Source of the DNA: an uncultured Chloroflexia bacterium | Lineage (GTDB): Bacteria > Chloroflexota > Limnocylindria > QHBO01 | Reading direction: 5' to 3' | Length of the DNA: 64,000 bases | Assembly: GCA_963825525.1 (NCBI GenBank) | Contig: CAWGTN010000002.1 | Location: forward strand, 1,376,001 to 1,440,000 | Part shown: positions 54,661 to 64,000 of the stretch, piece by piece | Layout: each line of letters starts with the position of its first letter | Numbering within the stretch: the stretch's first letter is position 1 | The notes under the pieces: model-generated | What the model saw: the letters and a program-made list of their open reading frames with translations, nothing else | The model's database searches: none | What the model was told of the DNA's origin: nothing | Program-made: the position numbers and the translations under genes

Positions 54661-55419
54661 ATGGCCACCAAGAGCGAGACCCAGACCGAGGCGACGTCCA
54701 AGGAGGACGAGCGTCGTCGGGGCGGCGACCGCCGAGCCGGCAAGACCCGCGTCGTCATCGTGGACGGCCACACGCTGTTCCGACGCGGCGTGCGACAGAT
54801 CCTTGAGCTCGAGAACGACATCGAGGTCGTCGGCGAGGCGGGCTCGGGCCGCGATGCCCTGTCCACCATCCAGGAGCTGACGCCCGACGTGGTGCTCATG
54901 GACCTGGGCCTCCCGGCGCCGAACGGCATCGAGACCACCCAGCGACTGAAGCGCGAGCTGCCGCACACCGGCGTCATCGTGCTCGCCAGCAATGACGACG
55001 AGGACCAGCTCTTCGACGCCATCAAGGCCGGCGCGGCGGCATACGTTCTCAAGGACATCGACCCCACCGACCTGATCGCGATCATCCGTCGCGTCCGCTC
55101 GGGCGAGTACCTCATCAACGACAAGGTCTTCGCCAAGCCGGCGGTCGCGTCGCGCGTGCTCAAGGAGTTCCGCGAGCTGGCCGTCTACGGGTCGGAGGCG
55201 CAGCCGATCTTCGCGCCGCTCTCACCCCGCGAGGTCGAGATCCTGGACAACATCGCCCAGGGCATGACGAACAAGCAGGTGGCCTACGCGCTGGGCATCA
55301 GCGAGCAGACCGTGAAGAACCACATGAGCTCCATCCTGCGCAAGCTCTCGGTCAACGACCGCACCCAGGCCGTGGTGTACGCCATGCGCCAGGGCTGGAT
55401 CAAGATCCCCGAGGATTGA
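54661..55419 (+). CDS. NarL/DegU-family response regulator
   Basis: Receiver (DVVLMD) plus LuxR HTH LSPREVEIL...TVKNH; GGAGGAG RBS. Confidence 0.94.
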   Translation: MATKSETQTEATSKEDERRRGGDRRAGKTRVVIVDGHTLFRRGVRQILELENDIEVVGEAGSGRDALSTIQELTPDVVLMDLGLPAPNGIETTQRLKRELPHTGVIVLASNDDEDQLFDAIKAGAAAYVLKDIDPTDLIAIIRRVRSGEYLINDKVFAKPAVASRVLKEFRELAVYGSEAQPIFAPLSPREVEILDNIAQGMTNKQVAYALGISEQTVKNHMSSILRKLSVNDRTQAVVYAMRQGWIKIPED

Positions 55420-55864
55420 ACCCGGGGCGTCACCATTGGCACGAGGGTCGCTCGCCGGAGCGGCCCTCTTGCTTGCCCGCCGCAAGTCCTGTGGCGGCGG
55501 TACGGGAGTTCCATTGGGGATTCGGGGTGCTCGACGTAGCGTTGCACCACGTCGTCACGGGTATCCGCGGCGGCCTTCATCCGAGGGGATCGGTGTCTTG
55601 GCACCGGTCCCCGGGTCTCCTCCTCCGGTGCCCAGGGGAGCCGCTCCGCAAGGGGCGGCTCTCCTGCGTTGAGGCCTGCAAACGTGTTGACCGCCGTCGA
55701 CCGAGGTGGATCGAGTGGGGTCTGGTGTATTGACAACTTCTGCCTGGCAGTCCACGGTACGGGGACCTGTCGGTGGAGAACGGGACCATTCGGCCATGTT
55801 CATTGCCGAACTGAGCCCGTACGCTGCCGACGCAAATCCTTCCGGAAAGGAGGTACGCACCCAA

Positions 55865-56050
55865 ATGGTCAAGCACTTCATCAGCACTCTTCTGGCTCGT
55901 TTCCAGAGCGAGGACGAGGAAGGTCAGACTCTCGTTGAGTACGGTCTGCTTCTCGCCCTCATCGCGATCATCGTGATCGTCGCCCTGCTGTTCCTGGGCC
56001 CGATCGTCAGCCAGCATCTTCAGCAACGTCGCGCGAACCAGCTCACGTAG
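55865..56050 (+). CDS. flp: Flp type IVc pilin (indels near 3' end)
   Basis: G/QTLVEYGLLLALIAI prepilin motif; AGGAGG RBS. Confidence 0.9.
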   Translation: MVKHFISTLLARFQSEDEEGQTLVEYGLLLALIAIIVIVALLFLGPIVSQHLQQRRANQLT

Positions 56051-56068
56051 ACGCGTCAGTCCGATTAC

Positions 56069-56107
56069 GAAGACCCCCGGGGCTTCAGGCTCCGGGGCGT
56101 CTTTCTT
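56069..56107 (+). terminator. Hairpin / terminator after flp
   Basis: GAAGACCCCCGGGGC-TTCAG-GCTCCGGGGCGTCTTTCTT. Confidence 0.7.
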
Positions 56108-56274
56108 GTCCGGCGGCTCGGTCACGCCCGCCGAGTACCAGCGCAGGGACTAGCCCACAAGTCCAGTCGTAGCGGGTTGCCGCGCGTGCGTAGACTGTTG
56201 ACCGCAGTCACAACGCTGCCTGCACCGCGAACTCATTCCGTACTCAGTCCACCCGAGCTCAAAGGGGTATATTC

Positions 56275-57185
56275 GTGAAGCGATCGAATCGCCTCGTCAT
56301 CCTGGTCGGCGTTCTGCTCGCCGTCCTTGCCTTCGTTGCCATCGTGATCCTGCTCAACCAGCGCGAAGAGGCCGTGGTTCCGGAGGAGGTCACCGAGACG
56401 GTTCTCGTCGCCACCCAGGACATCGACATCGGCGATCCGGTCACGCCCGACCTCGTGGAGGCCCAGGAGGTCCAGCCCGACGCGGTCCAGGGGACGCCAC
56501 TCACCGACGCTTCGGCCGTCTCCGGGCAGCCCGCCCTCTTTGCGATCCCCGAGGGATCCCAGGTAACGGGCTGAGGTCATCGGCGCAGGTCGGCGACGGC
56601 GTCATCTGCATCAAGTGCCAGCTCGAGCCCGGTGAGAAGGCGATTGCCTTCCAGGTGGATCGGGCAACCGGCCTCGACTTCCTGGTCAAGCCGGGCGACA
56701 CCATCGACATCGTCGTCTCGCAGCTCATCAACGTGCTGCAGGAGACGGCCGACAGTGCCGCCGAACGCCGACGAGAACGCGCCGCCGCGCTTCGAGGCCA
56801 TCCCCGGCCTGGAGGCCGCACGGTCAGTCAAGGCCATCCTCCAGAACAAGCGCGTCCTCTACGTCAGCGCAACCCGGGCGATCGCGCCCGAGCCCGTTGA
56901 CACGAACAACGACGGCGTCGATCGACGAGCTCGATGAGCAGCCCGCTGCTGCCGGCCATCGACAGCGTGATCATCGTCTTCGCGGGCACCGCCCAGGACG
57001 CGGAGGTCATCAAGTTCGCGCAGAACGACTTCAACGAGATCGGACCGCTGACCGCGATCGTCCGCAACGCTGACGATGATGCCGTCGAAGAGACGCTCGG
57101 CATCACCATCGACCAGCTGGTGAGCGAGTTCGGCCTTCGCATCCCGAACATCGTCGAGCAGCTCAACGAGGAGGCGGCCCCGTAG
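56275..57185 (+). CDS. cpaB: Flp pilus assembly protein CpaB/RcpC (frameshifted)
   Basis: TM, SAF domain VLVATQDI..G, PGEKAIA, VKPGDTID, ILQNKRVL. Confidence 0.85.
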
Positions 57186-57225
57186 AGAGGCCGACGCCTC
57201 CCTACGGTCGCCCGGAGACCCAGCC

Positions 57226-58465
57226 ATGATCAAGGTCCTCATCGTCGACGACATTCCCGAGACGCGCGACCATCTGTCGCGCCTCCTGGGGCTGGAACGC
57301 GAGATCGACGTGGCCGGCACCGCCGGCTCCGGCGAGCAGGCGATCCAGCTGTCGATGGAGATGCGGCCGGACATCATCGTCATGGACATCAACATGCCCG
57401 GCATGGACGGCATCGACGCTGCGGAGGTCATCTCCCAGCGTCTGCCGAACAGCCCGATCATCATGATGAGCGTCCATGGCGAGGCCGAGCAGCTCAAGCG
57501 AGCCATGCTGGCCGGCGCCCGGGAGTTCCTCGTCAAGCCGTTCAGCGGCGACGAGTTCGCCACGTCCATCAAGCGCGTCCACGAGCGTGAGCTCGGACGG
57601 CGCGAGCAGCTCCAGGCCACGGCCGGGATGACAACCCCGACGCCGAACGAGGGCGCGAGGCGCCGATGACCACCAGGTCATCGCCGTCTTCTCGCCCAAG
57701 GGCGGCGCCGGGCGAACCACCCTGGCCACGAACCTGGCTCTCGCCCTGAAGCGAGAGACCAACCAGCGCGTTGCGCTGGTCGATGCCAACCTCCAGTTCG
57801 GCGACGTCGGCGTCCTGCTCAACCTCAACCCGAAGAACCGGTCCGTCGTGGACGCGGTCGAGGGCGGTGAGCCGGACCGCGACATCGTCGAGTCCGTGAT
57901 GGTCGACCACTCCACCGGGATCCGCGTGCTCCTTGCACCGCCGTCCCCGGAGGGAGCGGACCTCGTCACGGCGCCCTTCATGCGAAAGATCATCGAGGGG
58001 CTGCGTGAGACTCACGATTGGGTCGTGGTCGACCTGCCATCGGGCCTCAATGATCACACCCTGGGAATCCTGGACGCGGCCGACCAGGTCATGGTCGTGG
58101 CGGCGCTCGAGATCACCACGATCAAGAACGTTCGCCTCTTCCTGGAGGTCGCGGATCAGCTCGAGTACGAGCGCTCGAAGATCCGGCTGGTCATCAACCG
58201 CTCGGATGCCTCACAGGGCATCCGAATCGCCGACGTCGAGGCGTCCATCCGGCGTTCGATCGACGGAACCATCGTGTCGGACGGACGGCTTGCCGTGCTC
58301 GCAGTGAATCGCGGCGTCCCATTCGTCGTATCGCATCCAGAGTCGCCGCTCTCGCGCGACGTCATCGCACTCGCCCGCAAGATCGCCGGCGAGGGATCCA
58401 TCACCCAAGCCCCAACCCCAAAGACCGATAAGGCCGCAAAGCGCGGACTCTTCGCACGTCGCTGA
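57226..58465 (+). CDS. cpaE: Receiver-domain + MinD-like ATPase CpaE/TadZ (frameshift near 57660)
   Basis: Receiver MDINMPGMDG; VFSPKGGAGRTT, DANLQFGD, VINR. Confidence 0.87.
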
Positions 58466-58487
58466 GCTGATTGGAAGGACGCAGCAC

Positions 58488-59936
58488 ATGTCATTGCTGA
58501 AGCGAATCGAGCGGGCCCGTCCCGCTGCCGAGGGGGAGTCGCCGGAGCCCGCTGTCCCGGCTGCCGTCCCGCCCACGGGCGAGGCTCCCCAGTCGCCGGC
58601 GCCGACACCGGGTGGTTCACCCACGACGCCGCCGCCCGCGGCACCCGCGTCGCGCTTCGCCGGGGCGATGCCGGCTCGGGAATCGTTCCGAGAAGCGAAG
58701 TTCCGCGTCCAGAATCGGCTCATCAACGAGCTGGATCCGAAGCTCGACCTGACGAACCAGGTCGAGGTCCGGCGCCAGATCGAGGAGCTCTTCGGCAAGA
58801 TCGCGGACGAGGAGGGCCTGGCCCTCACCCGTGCCGAGCGCGTCCGAATGCTCGAGCAGATCACGGACGAGATCCTGGGCCTCGGCCCGCTGGAGCCGCT
58901 GCTGCGCGACGAGACCCTCACCGAGGTGATGGTCAACGGGCCACAGCAGGTCTACATCGAGCGCGACGGCAAGCTGGAGCTCACCAACGTGACGTTCCAG
59001 AACGACGAGCACGTCATGAAGATCATTCAGCGCATCATCGCGCCGATCGGCCGTCGCGTGGACGAGTCGAGCCCCATGGTGGACGCCCGCCTGGCCGATG
59101 GCTCCCGCGTGAACGCCATCATCCCGCCGCTCTCGCTGGTGGGACCGGTCATCACGATTCGAAAGTTCTCCGCCACGCCGTTCACGGTCGACGACCTCAT
59201 CCGGTTCGGCACCGCCACCCCGGAGATGTTCGAGTTCCTGGAGGCCTGCGTGAAGGCCCGCCTCAACATCTTCGTCTCCGGCGGTACCGGCTCCGGCAAG
59301 ACGACCATGCTCAACATCCTCAGCTCCTTCATCCCCGATGACGAGCGGATCGTCACCGTGGAGGACGCCGCCGAGCTCCAGCTGCGGCAGGAGCACGTCA
59401 TCACCCTCGAGGCTCGACCGTCGAACATCGAGGGCAAGGGCGCCATCCCGATTCGCGAGCTCGTCCGCAACTCGCTGCGCATGCGGCCCGACCGCATCGT
59501 GGTCGGAGAGTGCCGTTCGGGCGAGGCGCTGGACATGCTCCAGGCCATGAACACGGGCCACGACGGCTCGATGTCCACCGGCCACGCCAACACCCCGCGC
59601 GACATGCTGAGCCGTCTCGAGACCATGGTGCTCATGTCCGGCATGGACCTGCCGTTGAAGGCCATCCGCGAGCAGATCGCCTCGGCGGTGGACCTCATCG
59701 TCCATCAGAACCGCCTGAAGGACGGCCAGCGCAAGATCACGAACATCACCGAGGTCCAGGGCATGGAAGGTGACGTCATCGTCATGCAGGACGTCTTCGT
59801 GTTCGAGCAGACCGACGTGGTCGAGGGCAAGATCCAGGGTCAGCTGAAGCCGACCGGGATTCGCCCGCACTTCGTCGAGCGGTTCGAGACGGCCGGCATC
59901 CACCTCCCGCCGAACATCTTCGGGTCGCCGTTCTGA
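58488..59936 (+). CDS. tadA: Tad pilus ATPase
   Basis: GGTGSGKTT, EDAAEL, LRMRPDRIVVGE, AMNTGHDG. Confidence 0.96.
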   Translation: MSLLKRIERARPAAEGESPEPAVPAAVPPTGEAPQSPAPTPGGSPTTPPPAAPASRFAGAMPARESFREAKFRVQNRLINELDPKLDLTNQVEVRRQIEELFGKIADEEGLALTRAERVRMLEQITDEILGLGPLEPLLRDETLTEVMVNGPQQVYIERDGKLELTNVTFQNDEHVMKIIQRIIAPIGRRVDESSPMVDARLADGSRVNAIIPPLSLVGPVITIRKFSATPFTVDDLIRFGTATPEMFEFLEACVKARLNIFVSGGTGSGKTTMLNILSSFIPDDERIVTVEDAAELQLRQEHVITLEARPSNIEGKGAIPIRELVRNSLRMRPDRIVVGECRSGEALDMLQAMNTGHDGSMSTGHANTPRDMLSRLETMVLMSGMDLPLKAIREQIASAVDLIVHQNRLKDGQRKITNITEVQGMEGDVIVMQDVFVFEQTDVVEGKIQGQLKPTGIRPHFVERFETAGIHLPPNIFGSPF

Positions 59937-60923
59937 TGCTGCCCATCATCATCGCGGGCCTCGCCGCGCTCGCCGTCGTCGTCATCGCCATCGGCATCTC
60001 GATGAGCGCCGGCGGTGGCGCGGTCGCGTCTCGGCTCGAGCGCTACGCCTCGGCAGGTGGCGGTGAGGCGGCCGAAGGTGGCGAGCGCGAGTCGGCGGTC
60101 GTCGCCGGGCTCTCGCGCGTCATGGAGCGGCAGGACCTCTCCACCCGCCTGGCCACCGACCTCGCTCGGGCCGACCTGAAGATGCGGCCGGCCGAGTTCG
60201 TCATCCTCTGGATGGTGACGCCCATCCTCTTCGTCGGCGCCGCGTTCGTCATCGGCATCGTCTTCCCGGGCTTCCAGAACATCGTCGCCCTCGTCGGCAT
60301 CTTCCTGCTTGGCATGTATGCGCCCCGCTGGTACATCAAGCGACGCCAGGCCAAGCGCATCCAGGCGTTCGGCGAGCAGCTGCCGGACACGATCACCCTG
60401 CTTGCGAACTCGCTTCGGGCGGGATCGTCGTTCCTCCAGGGCATCGAGCTCGTCACCCGCGAGGCGCGACCGCCGATCAGCGAGGAGTTCGAGCGCGTCG
60501 TGCGCGACATGCAGCTGGGCATGGCCCTCCAGCCGGCGCTCAACAACCTCGTCCGGCGCGTGGCGTCGGAGGACCTCGAGCTGATGGTCACCGCCATCCA
60601 GATCCAGAGCCAGGTCGGCGGCAACCTCGCCACCGTCCTCGACTCGATCGCGTACACCATCCGCGAGCGGATCCGGATCAAGGGCGAGATCAACACCCTG
60701 ACGGCCATGCAGCGCTACTAGCGGCTACGTCATCACCCTGCTGCCCGGTCGGCTCTGGCCGGGATCCTGTTCCTCATCAGCCCGCGCTACATCACGGCAA
60801 TGCTCGAGACGCCCCCGGAGATGTTCGGGCTGCCGATGGGCGTCATCTTCTTCACGATCGGCCTCATCAGCATGGGCATCGGCTACGTGCTTCATCCGCC
60901 GCATCGTCGATATCAAGGTGTAA
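59936..60923 (+). CDS. tadB: Tad platform protein TadB (frameshifted near 3' end)
   Basis: QLPD....LANSLRAG, QSQVGGNL, T2SSF domain. Confidence 0.9.
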
Positions 60924-61849
60924 TGCAGATGCCCCCCGAGATCATCATCGCCATCCTGGCCGCAGGCGCCGTCCTGCTGATCACCTACGGCGTCGCGGCG
61001 CGCCCGATCCGAGGATGCCGTCCAGGCACGCCTCTCGCAGCTCGTGGTCCAGCCGCGCACCGTCGAGGAGATGGAGCTCCAGCAGCCGTTCTACGAGCGC
61101 ATGGTTCGACCCATGATCCAGCGCCTGGCTCGTGCCGGTCGCCGCCAGGAAGGCGGCATGATCCAGCGCGTCGACGCGAAATTGGAGAGGGCCGGCTATC
61201 CCGGCGGCCTGCGCGGCGCCGACTGGATCGGCGTGAAGCTCATGTCGGCCATCGGCTTCGCCGTCGATCTTCTTCCTGCTCGGCACGTTCGTCCTCGGCT
61301 CGCCGGTCCTCGGCCTGCTGATGATCGCGGTCGGCGGGGCGGTCGGCTTCATCGCTCCCGAGTTCTGGCTCGGGCAAGAAGGCCGCCGCCCGATCGATGG
61401 CCATGGTCCTCCAGCTGCCGGACGCCCTCGACCTCCTGACCATCTCGGTCGAGGCCGGCCTGGGATTCGACGCGGCGCTGGCCAAGGTCGTCGAGAAGAT
61501 GGAGGGCCCGCTGGTCGACGAGTTCCGCCAGGCCCTGGCGGAGGTCCGCATGGGTCGTGCCCGACGTGACGCGCTGCGCGACGTCGCCAACCGCGCCGAT
61601 GCCCAGCCGGTGAGCAACTTCGTCGGCGCCATCGTCCAGGCCGAGCAGCTCGGCGTGCCGATCGCCAAGGTGCTCCAGATCCAGTCGAACCAGCTGCGCA
61701 TCGAGCGCCGGCAGCGAGCCGAGGAGGCCGCCGCCAAGGCGCCGGTCAAGATGCTCTTCCCGATGGTCGGCTGCATCTTCCCCACGATCTTCATCGTCAT
61801 CCTCGGGCCGGCGGTCGTGACGGTCATGGGCGGCGGGACCGGGATCTAG
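60923..61849 (+). CDS. tadC: Tad platform protein TadC (frameshifted)
   Basis: LPDALDLLTISVEAGLGFD, AEEAAAKAPVKMLFP. Confidence 0.9.
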
Positions 61850-61852
61850 CTG

Positions 61853-62567
61853 ATGCTTCCGCCGGTCCGTCCGGCCGTCCTGCTGGTCGACGACGACCTG
61901 ACGCTGCTGTCCGTCCTCTCGCGCCGCGTGAGCCGGGCCGGCTACGACGTCCGCACCGCCAACTCGGGTCGTACGGCGCTCAAGCTGCTCGAGGAGTCGT
62001 GGCCGGCGCTGCTGGTGATCGACCTCATGATGCCCGGCATGGACGGCTTCGAGCTGGCCCGCCGGGTGAAGCAGCTCGCCGACCTGCCGATCATCGTCCT
62101 CTCGGCCGTTGACGGCTCGGAGGCCAAGGTCACCGCGCTCGAGCTGTACGCCGAGGACTACGTCACCAAGCCCTTCGACCCGGACGAGCTCGTGGCCCGC
62201 ATCCAGCGCATCCTGCGCCGCGCCTCGGTCGGCAGCCCCCAGATCTCCCTTGCCGATGGCGACGTGGAGGTCGACCTGGCGACCCGGCGCCTCACCACGC
62301 CGGCCGGCACCCATCAGCTGACGCCGACGGAGGCGCGCCTGCTCCAGGTGCTCGCCTCGTCCGTCGACCGAGTGGTGCCGACCGACGAGCTCCTGAGTCG
62401 CGTCTGGACCGACGCCGATGGCGCCGACCCCTCGTACCTGTGGGTCACCGTCCGGCGCCTGCGCCGCAAGCTCGAGAGCCGATCCGGACCGCCCGCAGCA
62501 CCTCATCACCGAGCGAGGCATCGGCTACCGCCTGACCTCGATCGCGACGCCGGCCACCCGGGCCTGA
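61853..62567 (+). CDS. OmpR/KdpE-family response regulator (frameshift near 62478)
   Basis: DLMMPGMDG, DYVTKPF, LTPTE, ITERGIGY. Confidence 0.88.
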
Positions 62568-62572
62568 GCGCC

Positions 62573-64000
62573 ATGCCCCAGCTCGGGCCGTGGCTGCGCG
62601 TCGCCGGCGCATTGCTCCTGGCGGTCCTGCCGCCGCTCCTGCTCCTCACAGCCTCGCTCCTGCTGGCGGAAACCGTGCTCACGAACACGGATCCCAGCCT
62701 CATCGCGGGCTTCGTGGTGCTGACGGCCATCGCCTGGTCGCTGGCCCTGGCCATCGTCTACTCCCGCGGACTGGCGGAGGATGTCCGGTCCCTGCTTGCA
62801 CTGGCCGAACGGGGCGATCGAAGTCCCGATGCGTCGCTGGACGACGCCTACCGGCAGCTTGCCGGCACGCTGGACGAGCGCAACCGGCAGGTCGCCGCCC
62901 TGGCCACCGAATCCGCCCGCGTGCCGATTGATGAGTCCCCGCGCATGGTCGTGGCGGCCGTCGTGGCCTCCGTGCGCGAGGTGACCGGGGACGCCACCTG
63001 GCGTTGCGCGGTCCTGGCGTCGGAGAGCGAGGATCTCCTGCCGCCCGGCACCTACCACGCGCCCGCCGATCCGCTGGACGTGGAGCCGATCAGCGAGCTC
63101 GAGCAATGGGCCGCAGTTGCCGGCTCCCAGGAACCTGCCAGCCGCGTCGAGGGGCCATGGGGCGCCTTCCTGGTCGTCGGCCTTGCCGCCACCGACCGCC
63201 TGCGCGCCATCCTCTACGCCCCGGCCGAGGGCCGGCCGCCACCCACGCCCGCGGAGGTGAACCTCCTGACCCTGGTCGGGCAGCACGCGGCCACCGCGCT
63301 GGATCACTCGCTCCTGTACACGCGGGTGCGCAGCCAGGCGGACGAGCTGGACCGCATGGCCGCTGGTGCAGGCGGACTTCCTGCGCGGCGTGACCCACGA
63401 TCTCCAGACACCACTGACCAGCATCGCCGCGCTGGCCACCGAGATGCGCGCAAACCCGGAGATCCCCGAGCAGTCTCGATCCGACCTCGATGGAATCAGC
63501 CACCAGGCCGAGCGGCTGCGACGCATGGTGAGCCAGCTGCTCGTGGCCTCGCGACTCGAGGCCGGCGTCCTGACCGCCGAGCAGGAGGTCTTCGCGCTCC
63601 CGCCCGTGATCGAACGCACGTGGGCGGCACTGCGGGCGGACCGGCCGTTCGAGCTGGTCGTGGACGGGGCTCCGCACCTTGCGGTTGCCGATCCCGATCG
63701 GCTCGAGCAGGTCCTGTGGGCCACGCTGGACAACGCCGTCAAGTACAGCCCGGAGGGCTCTCCGGTCACGGTGACTGTCCGACCGGATGGAGTGGACCAG
63801 CTCACCATCACGATCAGCGATCGCGGGGTCGGCATGGATGCCGAGACCAGCACCCAGGCCTTTGACCAGTTCTTCCGGGCGAGCCAGGCACGCAAGCTGG
63901 CGCCCGGATGGAAGCGGCGTGGGCCTGTATGCCGCGCGGGGTCTGATGGAGACCATGGGTGGATCGGTCGAGATCGAATCCACCCTGGGCACCGGAACCT
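62573..64000 (+). CDS. Membrane GAF sensor histidine kinase (frameshifted, runs off window)
   Basis: Two TMs, GAF-like region, HDLQTPLTSI, LDNAVKYS, DRGVG, GxGL. Confidence 0.85.

Noticed and set aside
55825-55862. c-di-GMP-I riboswitch before flp (GCAAA...GAAA...ACGCA resemblance)
   Set aside because: The second stem and closing P1 are absent and the start codon follows immediately; an Rfam scan would be needed to settle it.
61853-63865. 670-aa regulator-kinase hybrid
   Set aside because: Artefact of an indel near 62478; the regulator ends ITERGIGY...TGA 62567 and the kinase starts at 62573.
20804-63999. Pseudogene calls for split genes
   Set aside because: The pattern fits sequencing indels and catalytic motifs are intact.

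Overview
High-GC bacterial chromosome segment. The gene content and a Tad system without a secretin suggest a monoderm, possibly Chloroflexota (Limnocylindria-like); this is inference. Single-base indels split many genes beyond ~20.9 kb and are probably long-read errors. Gene order: lon-dnaJ-like-clpB, 5'-nucleotidase, purH-glpX, folK, a MalT/BTAD regulator-micropeptide-HD-GYP-DUF5317/MFS locus, two XRE-HTH/nuclease-fold paralogs around an NtrC-like regulator, pcm, GT4, metF-like/metE, a phosphonate (PepM-Ppd-reductase) surface-glycan locus with four sulfatase-fold and seven GT-C membrane enzymes, a DegS/DegU-like pair, a Tad pilus operon and an OmpR-type pair. Two candidate undescribed systems stand out. 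(1) Six intergenic arrays, each with four CGA-N4-TCG cores at near-invariant 50-52/64/50-51 bp spacing, bracket both HTH-nuclease genes and the nucleotidase gene. (2) A putative peptide-signalling cassette with two unannotated peptides ending in [K/R]GW sits inside a low-GC block that also covers the sensor portions of both flanking proteins.
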